DNA of 64,000 nucleotides from Myxococcales bacterium (GCA_023248595.1 JAHFEG010000005.1:19134-83133); one strand, 5' to 3'. Positions 29,630-38,967 are shown, counted from the stretch's first letter. Notes: generated from the letters alone by a model not told the origin. Numbers and translations are program-made.

Positions 29630-30562
29630 ATGTATCAAATCACTGAATGCGAAAATACCAAAGCATACCTTGCTATCGAAGGTTTAGAGAATCAACTTTT
29701 GCAAGAATTGCCGAGCGAAAAAGAAATTTTTGGCCGTCTGATTTGGGTGAAAGAAGAACTTAAAAATCCTGTATTTTGGTTTGCTAACCAATGGCAAGAA
29801 AATTACCAAATCGAGTTTGATTCGATTTCTGATTGTGCCAAGGCGCTATCTTCTATTCAAAAAAATTGGTGGCCCTATTTTTCTGCGCATGCCCGTCGAG
29901 GAACTTTGATTCAAGACGCTCTGCCATATATCTCACCCAAACCATTGGTGTTTCCAGGCTCCATGCAAACAACGTACCCACCTCTTGGTTCTTGGACGTT
30001 GCTGGGCCCCAACACAGCTTTGGCGTCGCCAGTTTGTAGTAGTCCGCGGCCCCATGGCGAATGGAATTTTGTGGAAGACCGAGTTGGTCCACCGAGCAGA
30101 GCTTATTTGAAACTGTGGGAAGTTTTCTCGATGCTGCAAATGTGTCCAAAGCCTAAAGAAAAATGTTTGGATCTTGGCGCAAGTCCCGGTGGTTGGACTT
30201 GGGTTTTAACTCAACTGGGTGCGCGCGTGGTTGCGATTGATCGCAGCCCTTTGCGTGAGGACTTGATGACATCGCCACTGGTTCAGTTTCAAAACGGCAA
30301 CGCCTTTAGTGTGAATCTGGAAGATTATCCTGATACTTCTTGGCTCTTTTGTGATGTGATTTGTTACCCCGAAAAACTATATGAATTTTTTATGCAAAAA
30401 GTTTTACCGTCGTCAATTCAAAACGCTGTTTGTACACTGAAGTTTCAAGGCAGCGAGCATTATCCTGTGATTCAAAAATTTGCAGCAATTCCCGGTGGCT
30501 CTCTCATACATCTTACCCACAACAAACATGAACTGACTTTCGTTTTTCGAAGGACGGTATAG
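29630..30562 (+). CDS. rlmM: 23S rRNA 2'-O-ribose methyltransferase RlmM-like
   Basis: SAM motif CLDLGASPGGWTWVL, plus WLFCDVICYPEK and TLKFQG segments as in RlmM. 310 aa. Confidence 0.75.
   Translation: MYQITECENTKAYLAIEGLENQLLQELPSEKEIFGRLIWVKEELKNPVFWFANQWQENYQIEFDSISDCAKALSSIQKNWWPYFSAHARRGTLIQDALPYISPKPLVFPGSMQTTYPPLGSWTLLGPNTALASPVCSSPRPHGEWNFVEDRVGPPSRAYLKLWEVFSMLQMCPKPKEKCLDLGASPGGWTWVLTQLGARVVAIDRSPLREDLMTSPLVQFQNGNAFSVNLEDYPDTSWLFCDVICYPEKLYEFFMQKVLPSSIQNAVCTLKFQGSEHYPVIQKFAAIPGGSLIHLTHNKHELTFVFRRTV
30525..30553 (+). repeat. cassette-boundary direct repeat, copy 1 (inside the rlmM 3' end)
   Basis: AACATGAACTGACTTTCGTTTTTCGAAGG. Confidence 0.9.
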
Positions 30563-30633
30563 GTAGGTTGAAAAACTAGATCAATTGGCTATTGTTTGCT
30601 ATGTTACATTAAATGTATTTAAAGAGTGCTTTT

Positions 30634-32088
30634 ATGAATAAATTAAATTGGTTTTCTTTTGTAGTTGTTTGCCTTTTTTTGTTTCCTGACGCCAAAGCTC
30701 AAGGGGCAGAGAAGTATCTAAAAGCAGCGAATCAAAGCAACGCTCGCGCTCAATTCATCCTCGGGCTTGAATATGACCTCGGCCATGGAGTTGCTCAAGA
30801 TTACAAGAAAGCGATGGAATGGTACCTGAAAGCAGCGAAACAAGGAGACGCGGGTGCTCAAGCCAGCATCGGCGCTCTATACTACCAGGGCCATGGAGTT
30901 GCCCAAGATTATAAAAAAGGTATGGAATGGTACCTGAAAGCAGCGAAACAAGGTCACCCTTTGGCTCAATATGGTCTCGGGTCTGCATACTACGAGGGCT
31001 TAGGAGTTGCTCAAGATTACAAGAAAGCGATGGAATGGTTCCTGAAAGCAGCAAACCAAGGTAATGCTGAGGCTCAATTTATGCTTGGGGATTTGTATGA
31101 AACCGGCAAAGGAGTTCCTCGAGATTACAAGAAAGCGATGGAATGGTACCTGAAAGCAGCGGATCAAGGTTTTCCTGAGGCTCAACGTAACATTGGAAAT
31201 ATGTACAGCGAAGGTTGGGCCGTCCCCAAAGATCCTAAAAAAGCAATTGAATGGTGGAAAAAAGCTGCGGCTCAAGGAGATCTGGCTGCCCAATTGAGGC
31301 TTGGGTTGACATACTTCGAAGGCCGGCTTGTTAGTCAAGATTATAAACAGGCTTTTGAATGGTTCCTGAAAGCAAGCAATCAAGGTAATGCCGAGGCTCA
31401 ACATATGATTGGAGTTCAGTACAATGATGGTTTGGGCGTAATACATGATTATAAAAAAGCCATGGAATGGTATTTGAAAGCAAGCAATCAAGGTAATGCC
31501 GGGGCTCAACATATGATTGGAGTTCTTTATGCTAAAGGTTTGGGCGTCACGCAGGATTTTAAAAAAGCAGCGGAATGGTATCTGAAATCGGCGAAGCAAG
31601 GCAACGATGAGGCTCAATTTAATCTCGGGGCTCTATACGTCATCGGCCAAGGAGTTCCTCAAGATTATAAAAAAGCGGCCGAATGGACCTTGAAAGCAGC
31701 GAATCAAAGCCACGCTCAAGCTCAAAGTAACATGGGATTTCTGTACGGCGGCGGTTTGGGCGTCACGCAGGATGATAAAAAAGGAGCGGAATGGACCTTG
31801 AAAGCAGCGAACCAAGGCGATGCTCAGGCTCAATTTAATATTGGAATTCTATACTACTTAGGCCAAGGAGTTCCTCAAGATTACAAAAAAGCCATGGAAT
31901 GGTACCTGAAAGCAGCGAATCAAGGCCTCGCTCAAGCTGAATACAATCTCGCCATTTTATATTTCGAAGGCTCGGGGGCTGAAAAAGATCTTAAACAAGC
32001 TTTTGTATGGTGCGAAAAGGCGGCAAGGCAAGGTTTCCAGCCTGCTATAGACATGCTCCAAGAATTAAAAAAAATAGAGAACCATTAA
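30634..32088 (+). CDS. secreted Sel1-repeat (SLR/TPR-like) protein, about 12 repeats
   Basis: Signal peptide MNKLNWFSFVVVCLFLFPDAKA. Has a 36-aa periodic G.GV.QDYKKAMEWYLKAA.QG.A.AQ motif. An alternative ATG lies at 30613. Confidence 0.9.
   Translation: MNKLNWFSFVVVCLFLFPDAKAQGAEKYLKAANQSNARAQFILGLEYDLGHGVAQDYKKAMEWYLKAAKQGDAGAQASIGALYYQGHGVAQDYKKGMEWYLKAAKQGHPLAQYGLGSAYYEGLGVAQDYKKAMEWFLKAANQGNAEAQFMLGDLYETGKGVPRDYKKAMEWYLKAADQGFPEAQRNIGNMYSEGWAVPKDPKKAIEWWKKAAAQGDLAAQLRLGLTYFEGRLVSQDYKQAFEWFLKASNQGNAEAQHMIGVQYNDGLGVIHDYKKAMEWYLKASNQGNAGAQHMIGVLYAKGLGVTQDFKKAAEWYLKSAKQGNDEAQFNLGALYVIGQGVPQDYKKAAEWTLKAANQSHAQAQSNMGFLYGGGLGVTQDDKKGAEWTLKAANQGDAQAQFNIGILYYLGQGVPQDYKKAMEWYLKAANQGLAQAEYNLAILYFEGSGAEKDLKQAFVWCEKAARQGFQPAIDMLQELKKIENH
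30700..32040. repeat. 108-bp periodic coding repeats (Sel1 units)
   Basis: For example, GATTA(C/T)AA.AA.G..ATGGAATGGTACCTGAAAGCAGCGAAACAAGG occurs at 30799 and again at 30907. Boundaries are approximate. Confidence 0.75.
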
Positions 32089-32117
32089 AACATGAACTAA
32101 CTTTCGTTTTTCGAAGG
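32089..32117 (+). repeat. cassette-boundary direct repeat, copy 2
   Basis: AACATGAACTAACTTTCGTTTTTCGAAGG matches copy 1 at 28 of 29 positions and starts immediately after the Sel1 stop codon. Confidence 0.9.
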
Positions 32118-32139
32118 GCAGAAATTTTTAAGAGGGCTT

Positions 32140-32853
32140 ATGAAATCAATTAAAATTAGTATGGCTATTTCTGGGATCATTGGTTTAGTCATGCTTCCCA
32201 TTGCTATTTCTTTTTTATACAACACACATTCCTTTTTGAGAGAGGCGGTAAAAACGGAAGGAACAGTAGTGGATTTTATTTCGAGCCCTTCAAGCAGCGG
32301 AGGGTCAGCAACGACCTATGCGCCTGTTGTTCATTTTCAAATACCCGACGGTCGCATAATTGAATTGATATCAGACATATCATCGTACCCTCCCAGCTTC
32401 ACGATGGGAGAAACGGTCGGAGTTTATTATCTTCCTTCTCAGCCAAAGCAAGCCCGCATTGATAGTTTCTTTTCACTATGGGGCGTGGGGGCAAGTATTG
32501 GCGGCATGGGGTTGGTGTTCTGTTTAACCAGCTTTTTTATGTTTCTTATTTCGCGGCTGAACAAACGCAAGGCGGAGTATTTGAAACGCAACGGACAAGC
32601 GGTCCAAGCAACGTATCAGGGTGTGGAAATTAATAGTTCATTTACTGTCAACGGCCGCTCTCCTTACCGTGTTGTGACGCATTGGAAAAATCCTGTCACA
32701 GGTGAGTTGCATATTTTTAAGAGCGAAAACCTCTGGTACAATCCCGCCGATCATTTGAAGGAACATCAATACATCACGGTCTATCTTGAACTCAGCAATC
32801 CAAAAAAATACTGGGTCGATACGAGTGTGCTGCCTAAATTGGCAAATTCTTAA
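32140..32853 (+). CDS. DUF3592-type membrane protein
   Basis: Architecture is TM, beta-rich domain (TEGTVVDF...YAPVVHFQ...GETVGVYY), TM, then a second similar domain. Confidence 0.7.
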   Translation: MKSIKISMAISGIIGLVMLPIAISFLYNTHSFLREAVKTEGTVVDFISSPSSSGGSATTYAPVVHFQIPDGRIIELISDISSYPPSFTMGETVGVYYLPSQPKQARIDSFFSLWGVGASIGGMGLVFCLTSFFMFLISRLNKRKAEYLKRNGQAVQATYQGVEINSSFTVNGRSPYRVVTHWKNPVTGELHIFKSENLWYNPADHLKEHQYITVYLELSNPKKYWVDTSVLPKLANS

Positions 32854-32875
32854 TCGAGAACTTCCCAAATAGAGA

Positions 32876-32905
32876 AACGTCGAGCTTACTTTCGTTTTTC
32901 GATGG
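32876..32905 (+). repeat. cassette-boundary direct repeat, copy 3 (degenerate)
   Basis: AACGTCGAGCTTACTTTCGTTTTTCGATGG. The core ACTTTCGTTTTTCGA is intact at 32888..32902. Confidence 0.75.
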
Positions 32906-32943
32906 ATGCTCTAATTTGCACTGAATGGACAGCTAAAATAAAC

Positions 32944-32971
32944 TTGACAATATCTGCAATTTTGATAATAT
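32944..32971 (+). promoter_or_regulatory. candidate sigma70-type promoter of hipBA
   Basis: TTGACA (32944-49), 16-nt spacer, TAATAT (32966-71). The hipB ATG at 32979 sits about 7 nt after the -10 box, so the transcript may be leaderless. Confidence 0.4.
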
Positions 32972-32978
32972 ATATCTT

Positions 32979-33314
32979 ATGTCAAAAGCGCCTGCTGCTC
33001 TTTCTTCCATGCCACCTGTCGCTTTAGAAGCCCTAAAACGACTAGGTGAAGATCTGGCTATTGCAAGGGTGCGTCGCCGAGAATCACAACGGGTATGGAG
33101 CCAGCGTTTAGGTGTCTCCGTTCCCACACTCATCCGATTAGAACAAGGCGATCCTGGGGTCAGTATGGGTATTTACGCAACCGCTTTGTGGCTCATCAGC
33201 CGCACACCGGCACTTGCACAATTGGCCGACCCTCAACATGACCGCGGAGCCTTAGAACTTGATATCCGAAAAGCCCTTCGACAACACACACGCAGGAAGA
33301 GAAGGCATGACTAA
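32979..33314 (+). CDS. hipB: XRE-family HTH antitoxin (HipB-like)
   Basis: HTH segment SQRVWSQRLGVSVPTLIRLEQGDPGVSMG. Overlaps the downstream hipA start. Confidence 0.8.
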   Translation: MSKAPAALSSMPPVALEALKRLGEDLAIARVRRRESQRVWSQRLGVSVPTLIRLEQGDPGVSMGIYATALWLISRTPALAQLADPQHDRGALELDIRKALRQHTRRKRRHD

Positions 33315-34536
33315 AAATTGTTACCAACCTGTCGACCAGCTGTTTCTCTGGATGCTAACTGAGCCCACAAAGCCCATATTGATTGGCGAGCTCAACATGG
33401 TTCGCCACGTACGCGGTGTCTCGCTACGTTATGAACAGTCATGGAGAGAAAACGGATTTGCTTTAAGTGAAGATTTACCTCTAGAAGGCCAAGACGAATT
33501 TTTTCCAACTGTGCAAGATACAGCCGTGGGAGCTATCGATGACGCAAGACCCGATCGTTGGGGTGAACGCGTGATTAGGCTTATCGATAAACCGCTAAGG
33601 CTGTCCCTGATGGAATACCTATATTTCGCCGGAGATAATCGATTTGGAGCCCTCGGTGTTTCTCTCTCCAGAGATAAATATGAACCTTGCGACAAAAATC
33701 CACTGCCATTTTTAAGCGATATTGAGACAATTGAACAACTGGTTCAAAAAGTGCTGGCCAATGAGCCTATCCCTGAGGAGCAAAAACGACTCATCTCTGC
33801 AGGTGTCAGCATGGGTGGAGTTAAACCTAAAGCGTTGCTTAATATTCAGGGTGAGCCTTGGGTGGTTAAGTTTTCCGATGGTGACCCAATCGATACTCCC
33901 TTAATAGAACATGCTTCCATGACACTCGCTGCTTTGGCAGGCATTCGAGTGGCCGAGACAAAAACGATTCGCATGAACTACGGTCACGCGGTTGCCATCA
34001 AACGCTTTGATCGCATCAAGAACCAGCGTGTACACACTCTTTCCGCTTATGTGGCATTGAAAGCAGCAGCCGAGCCATTTGGCTACCCTGAATTAGCCTT
34101 GCTTTTACGACGACGTGGACCTAGTAAAAACAGTACTAATTTAAAACACATGCACGAACTATTTCGCCGCATGGTATTCAATATTTTGATTGATAATACC
34201 GACGATCATGAAAAAAATCATGCGCTCTTGGTTAATGCAGAACAAGAATATGAATTATCACCTGCTTACGACATACTGCCTTCTGGGCAAGCGTTGGGTT
34301 ACCAACAAATGCGTGTCGGCACAGAACAGGCAGACTCTACAATCACTAATGCTCTATCGCAGTGCGAACTATTTTCCTTAAGTCAAGAAGAGGCCAGAGC
34401 AGAAACTCTTAGAGTCATCAAAGTCATTAATACTTGGAAAGAACACTTTAAAGCCTGTGGCGCTTCCCCCCGTGATATTGAAATGCTCGAAGAACAAATT
34501 GATAGGCCGTTCTTGAAACAACAAAGACAAACATGA
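33307..34536 (+). CDS. hipA: HipA-family serine/threonine kinase toxin
   Basis: DDARPDRWG and NILIDNTDDHEKNHALL motifs. ATG at 33307 overlaps the hipB stop by 8 nt. Confidence 0.85.
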   Translation: MTKNCYQPVDQLFLWMLTEPTKPILIGELNMVRHVRGVSLRYEQSWRENGFALSEDLPLEGQDEFFPTVQDTAVGAIDDARPDRWGERVIRLIDKPLRLSLMEYLYFAGDNRFGALGVSLSRDKYEPCDKNPLPFLSDIETIEQLVQKVLANEPIPEEQKRLISAGVSMGGVKPKALLNIQGEPWVVKFSDGDPIDTPLIEHASMTLAALAGIRVAETKTIRMNYGHAVAIKRFDRIKNQRVHTLSAYVALKAAAEPFGYPELALLLRRRGPSKNSTNLKHMHELFRRMVFNILIDNTDDHEKNHALLVNAEQEYELSPAYDILPSGQALGYQQMRVGTEQADSTITNALSQCELFSLSQEEARAETLRVIKVINTWKEHFKACGASPRDIEMLEEQIDRPFLKQQRQT

Positions 34537-34558
34537 GCTAACTTTCGTTTTTCGAAAA
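34530..34558 (+). repeat. cassette-boundary direct repeat, copy 4
   Basis: AACATGAGCTAACTTTCGTTTTTCGAAAA. It contains the hipA stop codon (34534-36). Confidence 0.9.
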
Positions 34559-34561
34559 AGC

Positions 34562-35095
34562 TTATCTTGTTAGCTCTTCCCAATTTTGCTTTGCAATTTT
34601 AGCTGCATCGCCCTGTAAGATAGGTGCTGTAAAAATTCCGCCTATTAAAGGAGCGCTATCTTCAAATTCGATTCTTCCCTTTACAATGTAGTTATCGTAT
34701 TCAAAATTCTTAAGAGAAGCCACCTTGCTTAATTTGTCAACGTTGACACCTTCCGATTGTGTCCGCACCCAGAAATTAATAATATTTCCTTTATTATCAA
34801 AAGTCATAAATAAGCTATCATGTTTTTTAAAGGCATCTATAATTTTATCTTTTTGCATGATATTGAAATCATTTAAGTCGCGTCCCGGATCAATGCTGAT
34901 CCAGGTCATCATGACATGGATTAATCTTAAATCCGCACCGCTTTCGTCTTTTTTGTCTTCAATGTATGAAAAGATTGTCCCATCTGGGTTAAATGAGAAA
35001 TTTTTTAGATTGCTTTCGAACTGTACGCTGCCAAATTGGCAAGATGAGCCAAGTGTGGTCAAGAAAAAAAGAACGGCGACAAGTTTTTTCAGCAT
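34562..35095 (-). CDS. hypothetical lipoprotein
   Basis: Signal/lipobox MLKKLVAVLFFLTTLGSSC. I recognise no domain. Confidence 0.6.
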   Translation of the reverse strand: MLKKLVAVLFFLTTLGSSCQFGSVQFESNLKNFSFNPDGTIFSYIEDKKDESGADLRLIHVMMTWISIDPGRDLNDFNIMQKDKIIDAFKKHDSLFMTFDNKGNIINFWVRTQSEGVNVDKLSKVASLKNFEYDNYIVKGRIEFEDSAPLIGGIFTAPILQGDAAKIAKQNWEELTR

Positions 35096-35191
35096 AAGCT
35101 TTAAGTTTCCTTTTAAGGATACCAATTTTTAAGTATTGTGTTGACCGTACCAAATCGTTTATCATGTTCCTGTTTAAACAACTAGTTACTT

Positions 35192-37255
35192 ATGGATATT
35201 ATGAATAAGAAATTTCGCCACCAGTCAAAATCACAACAAGAATCAACTTTGATTGAAGGCATTGCCAGAAGAAATCCGAAAGGTTTTGGTTGGCTAGAAA
35301 CAGACAACGCAAGAAGAGAAGGCATTTTCATACCGCCACGCGAAATGATGTTGCTGATGGACGGTGACAAAGTTCGTTGTCGTCTCGAACCCAATCCTAA
35401 GGGGCCTGTCGCCTACATTGAGCAAATTATTGAGCATGCCAAAGCAGTTGTGATTGGTACGTTTTACAGAAAAAAACGAGATGAAATTGTTGAAACACAA
35501 GGACAAGCACTTGCTTCTCCTGTCGTGATTCCTCCCCAATTTAGAAACGACACTCGTTTAATTGACAACGGTACTTTGGTGGAAATTGAGATTACCAGAT
35601 ATCCGGGTAAAGGTCTTCAAGCAGAAGGTCGCGTCGTGCGCGTGCTTGGAAAGCAAGGCGACTTCGTCTCAGAAGTTGAAGTGCTGTTATCACAAAGTAA
35701 AGCATTGCGTAGCTTTACACCTGCTGCTCACATGCAAGCCCATACGTTTGGAGAAAATCCTAGCCCTCAAGACATGAAGAATCGACGTGATTTAACCAGC
35801 GTCGCGCTTTGTACTATTGATGGCGAGACTGCCAAAGATTTCGATGACGCCGTTTATGCTTGTTATGAAGGTGATGCCATTTGGGTAACTGTGGCGATTG
35901 CCGACGTGAGCCATTATGTTGCTCCTGGTTCTGCTATTGATGTAGAGGCATTTGCCAGAGGCACGAGTATTTATTATCCGGGACATTGTATCCCCATGAT
36001 TCCTGAAGAATTATCTAACGGTTTATGCTCATTGAAACCAAATGTTCCTCGTTTGTGCATGATTGTGGAAATGTTGATAACAAAATCTGGTGCGATTAAA
36101 AAAGTACAATTCGACGAAGCGGTTATGCATAGCCAGGCACGCTTAACTTACAATCAAGTGCAAGCATACGTCGATGGTGACTTTAAAGCCATGCGTGAAA
36201 TTCCAGAACAAGTTGGAAAAAGTCTTCAAGTGCTTTGGAGTGCTAGTCGTGCCTTGCGTAAGGCGCGGCAAAAACGTGGTGCGCTTGATTTTGATGCGGC
36301 TGAAAGTGTGGTCGCTCTCGATGATTCTGGCGAACCCATTGCAATTAATCCTATACTAAGGCTAGAAGCGCATCGAATGATTGAAGATTTAATGGTTGCC
36401 GCCAATGAATCAGTTGCTCAGCATTTAGAAAAGAAGGGTTGGCCTACCATTTTTCGTATTCACGAAGAGCCGCAGGCTGAAAAGTTAAAAGCATTCTTAA
36501 CGCTTGCTCAAAGCATGGGCGCTATTTCTCCTGCAGATGTGAAAGAATTGCAAAGAGAAAAAATAGAACCAAAAGCTTTGGCTAAAATCATTGAGCGTTT
36601 TCAAGATCATCCGGCCAAAGGCGCATTGGATACGTTAATGCTACGTTCCATGATGCAGGCGCGCTACAGTGCCGAAAATGTAGGACACTTCGGACTTGCT
36701 TCTAAAAGTTATTTGCATTTTACTTCGCCTATTCGTCGTTATCCAGATTTGAGTGCGCATCGTGTTTTGCGTCTTTCGATGCTTCGTAAAAAGAAGCTGA
36801 GTGAAAGCGAAACCATTGCCATGACTGAAGAAATGGAAAAGATAGCAGCACAGTGTAGCGAAAAAGAACGAAAAGCTGTTGAATTGGAGCGGCAAATCAA
36901 TTCGTTGCATGCGGCTTGGGTCATGCAAGACAAAGTTGGTGAAGAAGATATAGGGACCATCACAAGCTGTACAGACTTTGGTTTATTTGTCAGACTTTCT
37001 AAGTACCACGTCGAAGGATTGGTGCATGTTGCTCACTTGAGCAAAGAACATATGCATTTTGATGCAGATCAAATGCGATTGGTTGAAAAAAGTACGGGAC
37101 GAAGTTTCAAAATCGGCGATAAGCTAAAAGTACGCGTTTTGTCGGTTAACGTGGCGAAGCGCTTTATTGATTTAGGGCCAGTCCTTGGAAAAGATCAACC
37201 AAAGGAAAAAGATCGTGGAAAAAAAAGCAGAGGGCGATCACGTCGAAAGTCATAA
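35192..37255 (+). CDS. rnr: ribonuclease R
   Basis: RNB domain (DFDDAV, HFGL, YLHFTSPIRRYPD), C-terminal S1 domain and a basic tail. Confidence 0.93.
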   Translation: MDIMNKKFRHQSKSQQESTLIEGIARRNPKGFGWLETDNARREGIFIPPREMMLLMDGDKVRCRLEPNPKGPVAYIEQIIEHAKAVVIGTFYRKKRDEIVETQGQALASPVVIPPQFRNDTRLIDNGTLVEIEITRYPGKGLQAEGRVVRVLGKQGDFVSEVEVLLSQSKALRSFTPAAHMQAHTFGENPSPQDMKNRRDLTSVALCTIDGETAKDFDDAVYACYEGDAIWVTVAIADVSHYVAPGSAIDVEAFARGTSIYYPGHCIPMIPEELSNGLCSLKPNVPRLCMIVEMLITKSGAIKKVQFDEAVMHSQARLTYNQVQAYVDGDFKAMREIPEQVGKSLQVLWSASRALRKARQKRGALDFDAAESVVALDDSGEPIAINPILRLEAHRMIEDLMVAANESVAQHLEKKGWPTIFRIHEEPQAEKLKAFLTLAQSMGAISPADVKELQREKIEPKALAKIIERFQDHPAKGALDTLMLRSMMQARYSAENVGHFGLASKSYLHFTSPIRRYPDLSAHRVLRLSMLRKKKLSESETIAMTEEMEKIAAQCSEKERKAVELERQINSLHAAWVMQDKVGEEDIGTITSCTDFGLFVRLSKYHVEGLVHVAHLSKEHMHFDADQMRLVEKSTGRSFKIGDKLKVRVLSVNVAKRFIDLGPVLGKDQPKEKDRGKKSRGRSRRKS

Positions 37256-37322
37256 AAATGCTGGCCCGCTTTGGGCCGATTTACATGCTGAGTCCCATTG
37301 TCTTATTTCTGATGAAAATTTA

Positions 37323-37970
37323 ATGGCTGGCGATGAGCAAACTGAGCCCGGCATGGTGGCTTGTGAAGAAGTAAGCGTTCTCGCCACCGAAGTCGTCATG
37401 CCCCCGGAGTTGTTATGCCAGCCCAGGCACGAAAAAGACAAAAACCCCAAACTGAAAATAGGAATGGCCGTCATGATCATGATGGGTATTGGTGTATGGT
37501 CATGGATTTTAACAAAAAATCACAAAGGGGCACCGCTTAGCTCTAGAGAAGTTCAAGTGCAAATTGCTGGCCAAACATTAATGGATAGCACGCCGGTTCT
37601 ATTGCCCATGAAAATGATTCAAGAAAAGGTAGTTTTTCATGTCGATATTAATCAAAGACTACGCGAAACGCTTCGCTATATGAATTTAGGAAGGCAGGCA
37701 TTAAAAGAACGATACATGGCAAAAGCCATCGAAAATTTCGTACGGGCAAAGCAAATTTTAAATGGTCTTCCATACACGAAAGCAAATTTTTTGCACAGTG
37801 AACTTAATGCGTTGCATGCCAATGCTCTTTACTGGCAGGGATTTTTAGCTTTGCAAAAAGAGAATCAGTGTCAGGCTAAAGCCTACTTCGTCGGGGCGCA
37901 AGTCATGGCGCCTCACGATCGAAAAATTCAGGATCGCCTCAAGGAAATTTCACCGTCATTAAGATGTTAA
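37323..37970 (+). CDS. hypothetical single-pass membrane protein with a TPR-like C-terminus
   Basis: TM segment IGMAVMIMMGIGVWSWIL. The start is uncertain: the ORF opens at 37185, overlapping rnr. Confidence 0.5.
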   Translation: MAGDEQTEPGMVACEEVSVLATEVVMPPELLCQPRHEKDKNPKLKIGMAVMIMMGIGVWSWILTKNHKGAPLSSREVQVQIAGQTLMDSTPVLLPMKMIQEKVVFHVDINQRLRETLRYMNLGRQALKERYMAKAIENFVRAKQILNGLPYTKANFLHSELNALHANALYWQGFLALQKENQCQAKAYFVGAQVMAPHDRKIQDRLKEISPSLRC

Positions 37971-38015
37971 AAATTGATAAAACCGTTCGGCTTTTCCATT
38001 AGATGCAAAAAATTG
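37963..38015. repeat. 53-bp perfect direct repeat, left copy (duplicate of the CYTH gene 3' end)
   Basis: GATGTTAAAAATTGATAAAACCGTTCGGCTTTTCCATTAGATGCAAAAAATTG is identical to 39515..39567. Confidence 0.92.
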
Positions 38016-38377
38016 AGATAGTGCCTATGTTTTTTTTAATGCTTTGGTTTGGAGCTTGCCCAACAACGAGCTCAGTAAAAATTTTACCCGTAACCGAATG
38101 AGCCTCCCAGGTATTTAAAGGTGAGCCGGCGGAAATTCTTCCGATTGCAAAAATGGAAGGTTTGTTGGTGCTATAGACAGTCGGACCAAACCCAACCATG
38201 ACAAATGAAACAATACGCAGAGAACTTACCCAGAAAGCCTTAATCGTCAGTGCTATATCAACCAAGAGACAGTGTTAGCAAACCACCGCATTGTTTTTAA
38301 GTGTTGCATTTCGAAGTTGACTTGGCCATATTATTCCGAGTAGAAGTGTTTTATTAAAATTACACAAGGAGTATCAG

Positions 38378-38917
38378 ATGAAAACAAATACCACGTTGTT
38401 TGTTTTTTTAATGAGTTTAAGTATGTCCTTTAGTAATAATGTAGCTGCAACTATAACCGGAACCTATAGGTATGAACATAGTAGCTTGTCTGGTGGCTGC
38501 AACGCTGGCGCTAAGGAGCAGTTATTAAAAACTGCCCAGCAAGAAGCTATAAGGACATGTCAAGGCCACCATGGTACGGTTACAAATATTGGTTCTATGT
38601 ATAAAGAAGGCGGTGCCGTAAATGCGAAAACTTGCATTATCTTTGGTATATATGATTGTTCCACCAACAATAAACCAAAAAGCTGGTATGGGTGTAGTAA
38701 CTGCAAAACCAACACAGATAGAGAATCAGAATTAAACAATAAAACTGGTGGATTTAGTAGAAGCGTTCCTGCGTTACCAGAAAATGCTGCATGGAATGAT
38801 TTATGCACTGCTATGGGAAAGAAATGCATAACAGTTATTGATTGGAAAGGAACTACACAAGGTTGTGAAAGTTGGGCGTTGGATGGTAGCCGTGCTGTAT
38901 TATGCGAAGATCTATAA
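38378..38917 (+). CDS. secreted cysteine-rich protein
   Basis: AAGGAG Shine-Dalgarno sequence, signal peptide MKTNTTLFVFLMSLSMSFSNNVAA, and 11 Cys in the mature part. I recognise no family. Confidence 0.7.
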   Translation: MKTNTTLFVFLMSLSMSFSNNVAATITGTYRYEHSSLSGGCNAGAKEQLLKTAQQEAIRTCQGHHGTVTNIGSMYKEGGAVNAKTCIIFGIYDCSTNNKPKSWYGCSNCKTNTDRESELNNKTGGFSRSVPALPENAAWNDLCTAMGKKCITVIDWKGTTQGCESWALDGSRAVLCEDL

Positions 38918-38967
38918 TCAACTTTTTTCAGTAAAGTTAAGGATTAAATTTATATGACGAATAAAAA

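Noticed and set aside
30755-31833. Three minus-strand ORFs (99, 205 and 66 aa) with repetitive sequences.
   Set aside because: They are antisense reading frames of the Sel1 repeat gene. The open frames are kept open by the repeat periodicity, not by independent coding.
37999-38265. 88-aa minus-strand ORF at the left edge of the CYTH-associated island.
   Set aside because: Its last codons come from the 53-bp repeat read out of frame. It has no Shine-Dalgarno sequence and no recognisable domain. It is probably a non-coding remnant, although it could be a fragment of a lost gene.
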